Origin: Blastocladiella emersonii ATCC 22665
Taxonomy: Eukaryota > Fungi > Blastocladiomycota
DNA: 64,000 nucleotides
Direction of reading: 5' to 3'
Assembly: GCA_025594325.1 (NCBI GenBank)
Contig: JANHCV010000011.1
Coordinates: 930,001-994,000, forward strand
The position numbers were made by a program, and so were the translations under genes. The notes under the pieces were generated by a model, which ran no database searches, was not told the DNA's origin, and worked only from the letters and a program-made list of their open reading frames with translations. Every line of letters starts with the position of its first letter. Position 1 is the first letter of the stretch. Shown one piece after another: positions 43,148 to 54,628 of this stretch.

Positions 43148-46100
43148 ATGGCCACGGCGGCCGCCGCCGCGGACAAGATGTCAGTGCCTGCCAACAAGAA
43201 GAAAAAAATGAACAAAAAGAAGAAACAAAACATGAATGATAAGAAGACTAATGGAAAATCTGTTGCTGCGTACTTTGGTGCACTTGTGCGTCTAGAGATG
43301 GCGCAGGACCACCTGCACCTCAGCGGGCTCCTCGCGCATCCAGGGCTCCGCACGGCGCCAATCCCAACGTTCATGATGCTCAACATGGGCGCGCCGGTTA
43401 ACCTGATCAGCCGCAGGGTGGCCAAGCAGGCCGGGCTCATGCCGAAGCGCCTAGCGCGTCGCATCAACCTCTGCGGTGTTGTCGGGTCCGCGCCGGGCCA
43501 GCGCCAGTACATCTTGCATTACGTGCACGCGGCCGTGTCCGTCACGTCGCCCCAAGTTCCTGCACGCGGCGGTCGCGGGATCCCAAACCGTGTTCGCGGA
43601 CGGCGTTGTGCCTCCTGGCAACGCGTCCAAGCAGAAGCGCGTGGTGGGAGACGCGGGTCGCGCCATCAACATTCCGTGCCTTCATTGCTTGGTTGCGCGC
43701 TTCCTCGTTGTTGACTCTCCCGCGTTTCCGGTGATCATGGGACTTGAATGGATGGTCGCAAACGGCGCGAAGCCGGATCCGCGCTTGGCCACGGTCAAGA
43801 TTGACGGCGCGTGCACTGGTCGCTGCGGGTGCCCACCCGCCCAGCGCGTCACGGTGGCCACGGTCGCACTGCGCGTCGACCTTGACCCGCTCGCGTGGGA
43901 CGAGGCGCACGGCCCGCCCAAGGCGCCAGATGACGCGGCGCTGAAGCGCGTGCTGCCCGCCAAGTACCTCAAGTGGGCGCATGTCTTTGATGCCGCTGCG
44001 GCGTCCGCGCTCCCGCCGCACCAACTGTACAACTGCGAGATCGAGCTCATTGAGGGCGCCAAGGTGCCGTTCCTGCCCATCTACGCCCTGTCGCAGCCCA
44101 AACTTGAGGAGCTGCGCAAGACCATCAACAAGAACCTCGCGCGCGGCTTCATCCGCCCATTGCGGTCGCCAGCTGGCGCGCCAATCATGTTCGTGCCCAA
44201 GGAGGACGGGTCGCGCCGCATGTGCGTGGACTACCGCCGCCTCAACGCGCTGACGGTCAAGAACCGCTACGCGCTGCCGCTCATCGTGGAGCTCATGAAC
44301 CAAGTGCAGGGCGCGCGCATCTTCACCAAGTTCGACCTGCGCGGCGCGTACAACCTGGTCCGCATCCGCGAGGGCAACGAGTGGAAGACGGCGTTCCGCA
44401 CGCGCTATGGACATTATGAATGGATGGTGATGCCGTTTGGGCTGACCAACGCGCCGGCCGCGTTCCAGGCGTTTGTCAACAATGTGTTCCGCGACCTGCT
44501 TGACCGCCGCAGCGTTCTCGTGTACCTGGACACCATCCTCCTCTTCAGCGAGGACCCCAAAGAGCACACAGCGCTTGTCAAGGAGGTGCTGCAGCGGCTC
44601 GCCAACAACAAGCTGTATGTCAAGCTTGAGAAGTGCGAATTCGACGTGACGCGCGTCAAGTACCTCGGCCACATCCTGACCACTGAGGGCGTCGAGATGG
44701 ACCCGGCCAAGGTCCGCGCCGTGACCGAGTGGCCCGCGCCACGGACAGTCAAGGAGGTGCAGGCGTTCCTGGGCCTCGCCAACTGCTACCGCCGCTTCAT
44801 CCCCGAGTTCTTGGAACTGACCATCCCGCTCACCCGTCTTACGCAGAAAGACACGCCGTGGCAGTGGGGCGACACCGAGGCGGCGGCCTTTGCAGCCATC
44901 AAGACGTGGTTTGCGTCCGACCAGTTCCTCGCGCACCCCGACCCCTCAAAACCGTTCATTGTTGAGGCCGACGCGTCCAACTTCGCCATTGGGTGCGTCC
45001 TGTCGCAGGTTGACAATGAGGGCACGCTGTGGCCGGTCGCGTTCCACTTGCGCGCGCTCAAGGCGGCGGGGCTGAATTATCCCATCTTGGATAAGGAGCT
45101 GCTCGCCATCAAGGTCGCGTTTGAGATCTGGCGCCACCACCTCGAGGGCGCGCAGCACCCGGTTGAGGTGTACACAGACCACAAGAACCTCGAGCACTTT
45201 CGCACCATGACAGTCAAGTCGCAGCGGCACGCGCAGTGGGCACTGTTCCTTGAGCGGTTTTTGTTCTGGTTCACATACCGGCCCGGCGCAATCAACAGGC
45301 GCGCCAACGCGCTCTTGCGCCGCGCTGACTACGAGGCGCGCGACAACCCAATGCTTGGCCGCTCGATTGTCCCCGCCACGTTGCTCACGGTTGGCGCCAC
45401 GCTGGGCACGTCAGCGGGCAATGGCAAGGGGGAGGAGGACGGCAACCCGACCCACACGGCGATTCTGGACGGCATGCGCGACGACAAGTACGCGCAGAAG
45501 GTGCGGCGCAACCAGGCCAAGTACCCGCAGCTCGAGGTCGACCTCGATGGGTTCATCTGGCGCGAGGCCAAGCTGTACGTGCCTGCGGGCATCACGCGCA
45601 CACACGTGCTCAAGGAGGCGCACTCAACGCGGGTCGCGGGACATTTTGGCGTCGCGCGCACCATCAACCTGGTCGAGTGGTCGTACTGGTGGCCCAGGAT
45701 GCGCCGCGAGGTCGACCTGTTTGTCAAGTCGTGCCTCACCTGCGCGCGGGCCAAGGTGCCGCGTCATTGACCCGACGGCGAGCTGCAGCCACTGCCCACG
45801 CTGTCGCGGCTGTGGTCGTCGGTCTCCATGGACTTCATCACGGACCTGCCGCGCAGCAAGGGCATGACGTGCATCATGGTCGTGGTCGACTGGTTCTCCA
45901 AGATGACGCACTTCATCCCGCTCGCCGCGCTCCCAACGGCCGCCACGACTGCCAACGCCTTCATCAAGCACGTGGTGTGGCTGCACGGGCTGCCCGATGA
46001 CATTGTCTCAGACCGCGGGTTGCAGTTCACGTCGCGGTTCTGGTCAGCCATGTGCAAGTCGCTTGAGATCAAGGCCAAGCTCTCAACGGCGTACCAGCAG

Positions 46101-46901
46101 ACCAATGGGCAGACCAAGCGCATGAACCAGACCTTTGAGGTGTACCTGCGCATGTTCGCCAACGAGGACCAGTCAAACTGGGCCGAGCTGCTGCAGTACG
46201 CCAAGATGGCCATCAACAACACAGTCAACAAGTCAACGGGCATGTCGCCGTTCAAGGCCAACTACTTGTTTGACCCGCGGCTCTTGGCCGCGCCAGTGCG
46301 GTTGGATTGGGTCCCGTCGGCCGCCGCGCTGGCCAAGCGCATCGCTGACATCCAGGGCAAGCTGCGCGAGAAGGTCGAGCGCGCCAAGGAGCTGTACAAG
46401 AAGCACGCTGACTGCCGCCGCCACAAGGGCCCCAACTACAAGGTTGGCGACATGGTGCTGCTGAGCACCAAGAACCTGCGCGTCAACGTGCCCAAGGCCA
46501 AGCTCGGGCCCAAGTACATGGAGCCGCTCAAGATTGTGCGCCTCATCCGGAAATTGGCCATCGAGCTTGAGCTGCCGCCGACCATGGCGCGCGTCCATCC
46601 CATGTTCCACGTCTCGCTCATCAAGCCAATTGACAAGCACAACGAGGAGGCGTTCCCGGGCCGCGCACTGCCGCCGCCAACGCTGTACGCCGTCAACGGG
46701 CACGAGGAGTGGATGGTCGAGGCGATCTGCAACGCGCGCAAGGTCAGCTGCAGCGTCAAGTACCTGCTCAAGTGGCACAGCTGCCCTGAGGACAACAACA
46801 CCTGGGAGCCGTACGCGAACCTCAAGCACCTTGAGCTGCTTGCTGAGTTCCACGCGCAGAACCTGTCAAAACCCGACCTGTGGAGGGGGAAGGGGAGATA
46901 G
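43148..46901 (+). pseudogene. pol: Pol (PR-RT-RNase H-integrase-chromodomain), disrupted
   Basis: Protease site reads LNMGA (expected LDTGA). RT has MCVDYRRLN and YLDT (expected YLDD). RNase H has VEADAS and YTDHKNL. TGA at 45768-70 interrupts the integrase (SMDFITDLP, IVSDRG, QTNGQTKR). Chromodomain KYLLKW..NTWEP. Frameshift near 43.5 kb. Confidence 0.93.
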
Positions 46902-47075
46902 TGTCACGGTTCAGTGATCTGACGGCTTGGGCTGGTGGCGCGGGCTGGTGGCGCAGTCCCTCATAAGCCGAGCGTTGCCCTCGCTCTCCCTCTCTCTTGT
47001 CATTCGTGATACAATCCTTCATTATCCGGCTAGTCATTCCTCGTGGCGCAAGACCCTCCCCCTCAGCACCTTACA
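46899..47075 (+). repeat. 3' LTR
   Basis: Follows the PPT GGAGGGGGAAGGGGAGA; its first three bases (TAG) are the pol stop codon. Confidence 0.95.
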
Positions 47076-47080
47076 ATTGT

Positions 47081-49900
47081 TGACTAGCTTGCCAGGCATC
47101 ATGTTCATGTAGTTGCAGAAGTGGTTGATCCACCTGTGCCAGTCGCTGCCCTGCCTGAGCGTGTTCTTGAAGAGATTGAGCGCTGAACCATACACTCCTC
47201 AAGGAGTCAACTGCCAACTTGTCTCTAAAGAACCTTGCGCTGGTGACGTGCACCATGTGCGCAATGCTCAAGTGTTGCTGCAAGTCATGATGGTGCCCAA
47301 GGCGGCCACTACCACCAAGTTCCTCAATCTCTTGAAGTCCATGCCCGCGCCAAACCCTCTCCCTGTTCCCAGCACGTTTGGCCTGCCTTGTCCTTATGTC
47401 TGGCTGCCATGACGGGCTAGTATCCCGCCAGAGTGGAACAACGTTGCTCTGCACAACACTGGGGATCGCTCTAGATGGCAGTACGTCCTCTCATCCTTCT
47501 GACCCTGCTCACCCTTTGCATAGACTGCGCCATCCACAAGACGTGCAAGGACTCACTAGACTGAGGCAAGCTGCCTGTGATCTCCCCTGCAAACATTGGC
47601 GATCCTGGCAATCGCCCCAAGTGCCTCAAGATTTTGACGCGCGTCAAGGAGGTTTTGATCTTGCGCGTTCACCCCATGATCTATGTCTTCAAGTTTGGGT
47701 ACAGCTGCAACAAGCGTACGCACCAGCCCTTCATGAAGGGCAACTGCATTGCGTTCCTGCAAAACACGCAGAGAAGCTTTGAGGCCATGTTGCTGGTAGT
47801 TGGGGATGTGGGCAAAGCTGTATGTTGTGTATACCCACGTCTCCTTGCCCTTGCGGATCAGGTCAAGCGCAATCTGCTGGCTGCTGATTTTGCAAGACGT
47901 TGTTGAGCAGTTGACAAGTCCGCACAGGATGGAGCCAGCTGCAAGAGGGAGCAGCACCACCAAGTTGAGTTGGCACTTGCGCAGCTTCTTGGCATGCTTG
48001 AGGAGGGCGTACATGTTGGACAAGGATGGTGGCAAGTTGGCAACGTAGTTGGTGATGTAGTAGATGACGTTGGCGGGGTTGGCAGCTGGCTAGGTTCTTG
48101 ATGTCCATGTTTGGATGGTCAGGTTGTACAAGTTGATCCAGTGGTGCAATCGCCAGTGGACTGCAACAGCCTTGAGCTCACCCGTTTCTGGATCTGGAAC
48201 GAGCTTGATGAGCGTCACCTTGTGGACAATCTTGCCATTGGTGCCAAAGTGGAACCAACAAAGTAGCAGCTCACCTGGCTGCACGTTCTTGTAGCACATG
48301 CACCTGTGCTTGTGCATCATGCCTTCCTGGAGGGCGTGGTTCATTGATGGCTGTGTCAAACAACTTGGGCAAACTGGTCCACGCTGGATGCTTGCTGCCC
48401 GTGAGGTCAAAGGGCTTCCACGTGCCTGCAAGCTTGCCAACTGTTGTGCACCAGACCGGAGCCACTTCGCCGGGTTGCATGCTGTGGAGCAGACCAGCTG
48501 CACGTTGACTTGCACACAAGAACTGTGTGAGTGGCAGCGCTGCAGCGGGAGGTACGCCGCAGCACACGCGTCTATTGTCAAGCAAATATAGGCCGTTGCT
48601 GACAACGCCATCAAGGTACGCAGTGATGCAGTCGAGGTACAGTTGACTAAGTAGCTGGATGTTGTGTTCAATCTTGGCCTGACTTGGCACGTTGGGGCTT
48701 TTGACAAGGACATGGATGTGCAGCGTGCTGCGCCCCTGCGTGCGCCTCGATGATGCCATAGTACCCCTTGATGGGACCAAGAACGCCAGGTCGCTGAGCT
48801 GTGCCCATGATCAGGTTGTTGAGGATTGTTGTGATGACTGTGTTGAAGTAACAACTCGCCTCCCACTCTGAAATCCGTCTGCCTGCGCTTGCAATCAAAC
48901 AAACGCCACCTTCCACAAACGTGCTGCTTGCCCTGCTGCTCGCCCACCCGTCCGCTGGCCCCTCCCTCCCATAAGATCCCCGCCCTCCCCTGCCCCTCCC
49001 CTCCACGCTTGCCACGATGCCCTACTTGACAATGCCATAGTACCTCTCAATGGGACTGAGAACGCTGGGTCACTGAGACGTGCCCATGATCAGGTCATCA
49101 AAGATGGTTGTGACAACTGTGTCAAAAAACCAATTGGCAGCCACTGGATTGCGTGCCGCAAACACTCAACGCTTGTGCGCCTGTGCAAACTTTCTGTCCA
49201 TGTCCATGACAAAGTTGCGCAAGAAACCCGCCATGATGGCAACAATTTGCGAGTTGACGTCATACGGGTTGAGCGTCACAAAAAAGTCTGGCAGGCCCAA
49301 GAAGAGAACAGGGCGCGCATCTCCTGCCGCCTGGTTTGCAGCCAGCTTGGAGATCTGGGTGCGCGGGCGCCGGCGATCTGGACCCATTGAAGGAGACTAC
49401 AAACTTGACCATTGAGCTGCACTGTCTTACCCTGCTTGGCAAGCTCAAGGTTTGTGTCCAGCGTGGCAAGCAAGATGCCATCCATGGTCGCTGCGGATGT
49501 GTTGTAGAGTGTGCAAGGAACACAACACCACGTCTCAGACCCAATGAGCTTCTTGAGGATCATGTTGTTCACGACAGACATGAAGGTGCTGTGCTCAGCA
49601 AAACGACTGTCTGTGTTTAGGAGGAGCGCTTGAGCGTGGCTGCGCCACGGTGCGCGCTTGTGGTTGAACCCGCCAGCGCTGTACAGGAAGTGCACTGGAA
49701 ACGCCATGGCCGTGAGCCTGATTGAGTACTCGCTCACAGGCATCAAGCCCATAGGCACCTGCAGCACTTGAGCAGGCAGATCAGTTGAGCCACAGCCTGC
49801 GCCGCCGGGTCGCGTGTTCATGATTATGTAGAGTTGTTGGAGGGACTGCACAACGACTGAGTTGTTGTTGTTTGGGTTGCGGAACACGCCAACCAACTCA
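47081..49900 (-). pseudogene. Degenerate Helitron Rep/helicase
   Basis: Fragments MAFPVHFLYSAGG..DSRFAEHSTF, PDFFVTLNPYD (~49265-85), LGPIKGYYG..QGRSTLHIHVLV (HUH motif, ~48703-23), HWINLYN and VIYYITNYVA (~48045-65), followed by decayed helicase-like sequence. Many frameshifts and stops. Confidence 0.8.
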
Positions 49901-50388
49901 AAGAGCGCTACGGCGAGGTGATCAAGTCAGTGATCAGGCCGTGTTTCAGGTTGTGCCACGGCACATGAGTGGCGCATGGCGAGAGCAAGTCGCGTACCCT
50001 CGAGTCAAGGGTTGCATGGACTCAGTACCTACCCGTAGGTAACTGGTAGGTATACACCTTTTCAGCTCAGTTTTGGAGGTACAATGTACAGAAATTTTTT
50101 TTCAGGGACCCTCCCCAAAGGTATCAGGTACTGCGATTTTGGGGTAGGTATTGTCCAGCATTTTACACAGGAAGGTACAAGGTATTGAGGTTTTGGCGGG
50201 AGGGTAGGTACAAGGTACTGGCTTCCTGAGAAGCCAAGGTACTGGGTATCAGTGCGGGAACCTGTGTTTGAGGAGATCAACCATTGTTATTGCAGGCTAG
50301 GAAAGATCTTGGGATTAATAACGATGGGACGAAGGAATAAGGTAAAGCGGGGCTCAATAAGCTCAACCTGTTTGTTGACAACTAGATC

Positions 50389-50642
50389 TATGGCACATCA
50401 GCTTGCAAGGTGATGGGTGCACATAACCTCACAAGCTGATAGGTGCACATCAGCTCACAAGTTGATGGGTGCACATTGGCTCACAAGCTGATGGGTGCAC
50501 ATCAGCTCACAAGCTGATGGGTGCACATTGGCTCACAAGCTGATGGGTGCACATCAGCTCACAGGTTATGGGTGCACATCAGCTCACGGGTTATGGGTGC
50601 ACATCAGCTCACAAGCTGATGGGTGCACATCAGCTCATGAGC
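50389..50642. repeat. 25-26-bp hairpin minisatellite, ~10 copies (consensus TGATGGGTGCACATCAGCTCACAAGC)
   Basis: Units start at 50411, 50437, 50463, 50489, 50515, 50541, 50567, 50592 and 50617, plus a degenerate first copy. Consensus-type units can form an AGCTGATG/CATCAGCT stem. Confidence 0.9.
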
Positions 50643-53101
50643 AGATCTCTGCCCATCTCAAGGTCCTCAACATGATACGCACTCAAGACAGGGAACTGCA
50701 GCAGATCCCACAAACACTCCCAGTCCTTCAACTTGCTCACCTGTCCCAATCTGGGGCTCGACTCAACAACATTCCATCCCTGATGCTGCTGCAACAAGGA
50801 AGGAGGCGCTGCTCTTAATAGGGACAACATCGCGCGTCCTGCTGACCTGGTAGAGGATCTTCATGATCGCTTGCAGGCCCAGGCTTGTCTGGACCAGGAT
50901 TGGGGCAAAGCGTTGGTGGTTCCTTCCAGTGTTCATGGTGTTGTGTTGCAGCCCTGTGCTGCAAGTAGGGGTCAAGGAAGCACACAAGCGGCGGCAGCAG
51001 CGCGGCACGGCAAACAAGCAAGCGAGCGAGTGGGCGGACAGGTGGGCGAGCAGTGCGGGACAGTCATGTGACATCAGCTGTGGCGTTGCCACCCTCACTC
51101 AACGCTGCCTTAGCGTTCGCCGCCGCGATGTAGTCCGCTGGGTGAATATTCAAGCTTACATAGCTCAACTACTACTACGGTCTGACGTCTGATCGCTCAG
51201 GGCAAAAGTGTGCCGCCGCCGTAGAAGCTCAAGGCATGCAAGTCGTCCTATCGCTGACCCTGAGGCTTACCGCTGAACTGAGAGGCGGGTTGGTACCTCA
51301 AGAACTCGTTGCATACAGTGCACAGAGTCGTATCGACCGCGGCAGTGGTGTATGAGCTGCGGCGGGGGTGGTGGAGAGAAAGCGATCGCGACGACTCACG
51401 CCGTGTGGCGCTGCGCCGCGTGGCGCTTGGCTGAGTGGCGCATCGCGGCCCGCCTTAACCGCCACACGTCGAGCGAGCGACCCGCACACAAATCCACGCT
51501 ACGAACGCAACATATAACTTGACGCGACTTCTCCACATCGTTAATGAGGGAAGTAAATCGAGTGGAGCGCGTTCAAGCGGGCGGAGCGGAGCTGCAGTCT
51601 TTGAGGCTCGCGTGCACACTCAAATCTCACTTAATCTGTCCAGGCCAAACAGAGGCTTTATAGATACGTATCTCGCTCACCTTCACCTCAATTTGTGGAT
51701 GCCCGGCATGCCTGGGGTGCGCGGCAGAGGGTTGCGCGTGCGTAAGCACCGATTCGTCGCGTACCGACTCAAATCCCATCAGATCGACTTCCGCCAAACA
51801 GAAGACTTGTTCGAACTTACATCAAACATCTCTCCTATTGGCCGATAAACAGCAGCGTGTCTCTAGGGCCATTGCCAGCGGGTGCACCAATCTGTCACGG
51901 TTTGACCTTAGATTTCTCGAAATAATATCACACAAGCTGGTCTCGGGACCTCAAAAAATCGAGCTCGTAGACATCAAATACCCCACAGTTACAATTTGGA
52001 GCGGCGGGGGTGGAAAAAGGTGCCCGCGTCAACCCGTCCTGCAGGTTCGCACTGAGCTGTTGCAAGTCTACTGCACCGATCGATGCGCGAACCCGACCTG
52101 CCAGTGGGCGGGGCCATTGAAGACGCTTTACAATGTAAAAAGGAGCTCCGAACACGATGGCGTGTTTGGATTCGCAAGAAACCTCCCGTTGCGACCTGCA
52201 GGTGGACTTGAACGCGCCCAGACTCAGCTGTGGTCGCGCGACCATCACCGATCTCGGCCCACAATCAAGCTGCAGCAATTTAGTAAAGACCACAAGATGC
52301 GCAGAGCATACTTTAATGAATAGAACTTTAATCTCAAGACCTTGTGACAAGATCTGTAGTGGTTACGCGATGGAAACGGAGACGAGTGACCAACAAGTCG
52401 CGCAGCCAGTCGCAGCGCACAGGTTTCAGCTTGGCGGTTTGACTCGGCGCTCACCCGGGCGTTACGTGTCAACCCTTGGGGAGCTGGGCAACTCGCTGTG
52501 GCGTTCAGCTGCAGCAACTTGCATCTGCGCCAGCCAATGGAGAGGTTGCGCAGTGAGAGAAAAAAATTGATTGGTCAGAATTTTTTCCGGACCAGGCGCG
52601 GCGTGGAGCGCGGCGTGAAAGTGGTGAGCGCGGCGGACACCTGGCGGTTCCCGCGGTTTTGGGGCACGTGCCTGATTCGCGCTGTCTTGCAGCCGCCACC
52701 AATGGGCTGCCGCCACCCTGTCACCCTGTTGTTGTCATCCTGCCTGACCTCGCCGGCTCTTGCTCCCGAGGTTGCACCAACCATTGCCCTATGAACCAAT
52801 GCATTGCTTCTCACGCAGCTCGCCCGCATCGCCAATTTGGAGCCCGTCACTCCCAGCCATGGACTGGCTCCTCGGTGCTGATGTGGCGGCCTTCAGCGCT
52901 CGCAGGCCCACTCATCACCATGGCTCCGCTGCTGGCTCAGGCACCCTCCGCCCGCGCACTTGCGTCCAGATGCCGCGCCTCGCTCATATAACTTGGCGCG
53001 ACCCCGCCAGGCGCTCGCCATGACCTGCGCTTGACCATCTTCCTTCTCCTCGCCCGATCCCCCCCTCTCCCATCCATCCCCCATCCCACCCATCCCTCAC
53101 C

Positions 53102-53542
53102 ATGACCTGGCCCGTGCCGTACATCGTTGCAGCCTTCATCCTTCTCAAAGCCCGCATCCGCGCCGACCCCTCTCTGACCCTCCTCCAAGCCACTCAGCTT
53201 GTTGCTGGCAACAGCGTCGCTGCCCGCGCCCGCCTCCTTTGTGACAAACTCCCCCAGCCCCGCAAACTCGATCCGCCCCCTCACTGCCTTGAAAACGTGG
53301 CGGACGCCGCGCGCTGCGTCCTTTGCTCGGCTTCCCTGCCCGCTCGCTTCGCTTTGTTGCCATGGGCCGATATGGCCCAGAGACCCTACAACGAGCTGTG
53401 CGCGCATGAAAAGCGTCTCACCGGTGCGGCGAAGGCTGCGACTGCTGCCGCTCGGGCCTCGCGCGCCGCTACCGAGCAGGCCCGTGATGATCTCGCGGCC
53501 CGCGTGCAGGCTGCAGCGCTGCTGTTGGTACAACGCGACTAA
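53102..53542 (+). CDS. Hypothetical protein
   Basis: 146-aa ATG-started ORF with a hydrophobic N-terminus and an Ala-rich helical C-terminus; no family recognised. Confidence 0.3.
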   Translation: MTWPVPYIVAAFILLKARIRADPSLTLLQATQLVAGNSVAARARLLCDKLPQPRKLDPPPHCLENVADAARCVLCSASLPARFALLPWADMAQRPYNELCAHEKRLTGAAKAATAAARASRAATEQARDDLAARVQAAALLLVQRD

Positions 53543-53643
53543 AACCGCCGCAAACGTGACGTAAACCACTGCAAGAGCGACAGCCTGACGGTCCATGGTG
53601 ATTTCATGCAGTTGCGTGTGCTTGTGGGGACGGCGTATGTGTT

Positions 53644-54268
53644 GTATCCCTTAAGGGATACGACATGGGCTGACCCACTGCCACTCGGGCTGACCAATTG
53701 CTTACCCCGAGCGGTCGGCGACAGTCACTCGGGGTAACCACGTGAGACCCCGTTGCTTACCCCAGGTGGTTAATAAAATGTTGGATTCAAATGTCGTGTT
53801 CCCTTAGGGAACACGACACGCGGACGGAGGCCGAAGGCCAAAGCAGGTGGGCGGGAGGGTGGGTGGAAGGGAGGGGCGAGCGGTCCAGGAGTGAGTCCCT
53901 GACCTGACCCCCAAGCCCGTCCCTAACCAACCCCTTGGGCTGACCATTGCTTACCCCGAGCGGTCGGCGGCGGCCGGCGAGCGCAGCGAGATGAAGAGCA
54001 GCGCAGCTGCGGCTACCCACTGACAGAGTTCCCTGGTCTGGTCCCTGAGCACGGCTGCGAGTCGATCTGCGAGTTGATCTGCGAGACAAGTCCGAGAGCA
54101 GATCCCTGAGCCCGTCCCTGACCAACCACTCAGGCTGACCATTGCTTACCCCGAGCGGTCGGCGGCAGCCGGCGAGCGCAGCGAGACGAAGAGCAGCGCA
54201 GCTGCGGCTACCCACTGACAGAGTTCCCTGGTCTGGTCCCTGAGCACAGCTGCAAGTCGATCTGTGAG
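53644..54268. repeat. Repeat/hairpin cluster: two related hairpins plus a ~160-bp direct repeat with 195-bp period
   Basis: Palindrome GTATCCCTTAAGGGATAC (53644-61); hairpin TGTCGTGTTCCC-TTA-GGGAACACGACA (53792-818); repeats at 53914-54073 and 54109-54268, with a partial copy at 53687-720. Confidence 0.85.
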
Positions 54269-54341
54269 CAGTCCCCGAGCCAGTCCCCGAGCCAGTCCCT
54301 GACCACCTGCCGCGAGCGGCTGCTATGAAGCCGTTCACCGT

Positions 54342-54418
54342 AAAAGTTCCACTTTTCGCTCAAAAACAGGTAGGTATATATATACACTGCCCCTTTTTGA
54401 GCGAAAAGTGGAACTTTT
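54342..54418. repeat. AT-rich 77-bp inverted repeat with perfect 25-bp arms
   Basis: AAAAGTTCCACTTTTCGCTCAAAAA (54342-66) and its exact reverse complement (54394-418) flank a 27-nt spacer containing GTATATATATAC. Confidence 0.95.
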
Positions 54419-54628
54419 CAGAGACAAGAGGTCAGGGTACAGGGGGTCAGGGCAGGGGAGCGTCTTAGCAGCATCAATGTATTAAACAAAGACAAAGGGT
54501 CAGGGTACGGGGGGTCAGGGGCAGGGGAGCGTCTTAGCAGGCATCGTGGCAGGTCGTGGACTGTCTTAGGGCTTGTTGATGAGCTTGTCGTAGACCTCAT
54601 CCAGGTCCAGCTCCAGGACAAACGGCGC

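Larger units (their letters stand above)
41781..47075 (+). mobile_element. Full-length Ty3/Gypsy chromovirus-type LTR retrotransposon, inactivated
   Basis: 177-bp LTRs; TSD ATTGT (41776-80 and 47076-80); PBS at 41960-68; PPT at 46882-98; domain order gag-PR-RT-RH-IN-chromodomain. Confidence 0.97.

Noticed and set aside
51168-51178. ACTACTACTAC as a Polinton terminal (AGT)n motif
   Set aside because: The orientation would mark a right end, whereas the element lies to the right. No TIR or TSD supports it.
51250-51290. Faint resemblance to the LSU rRNA 5' end (TACCGCTGAACT)
   Set aside because: The match is only ~12 nt with an indel, and the surrounding sequence is not rRNA-like.
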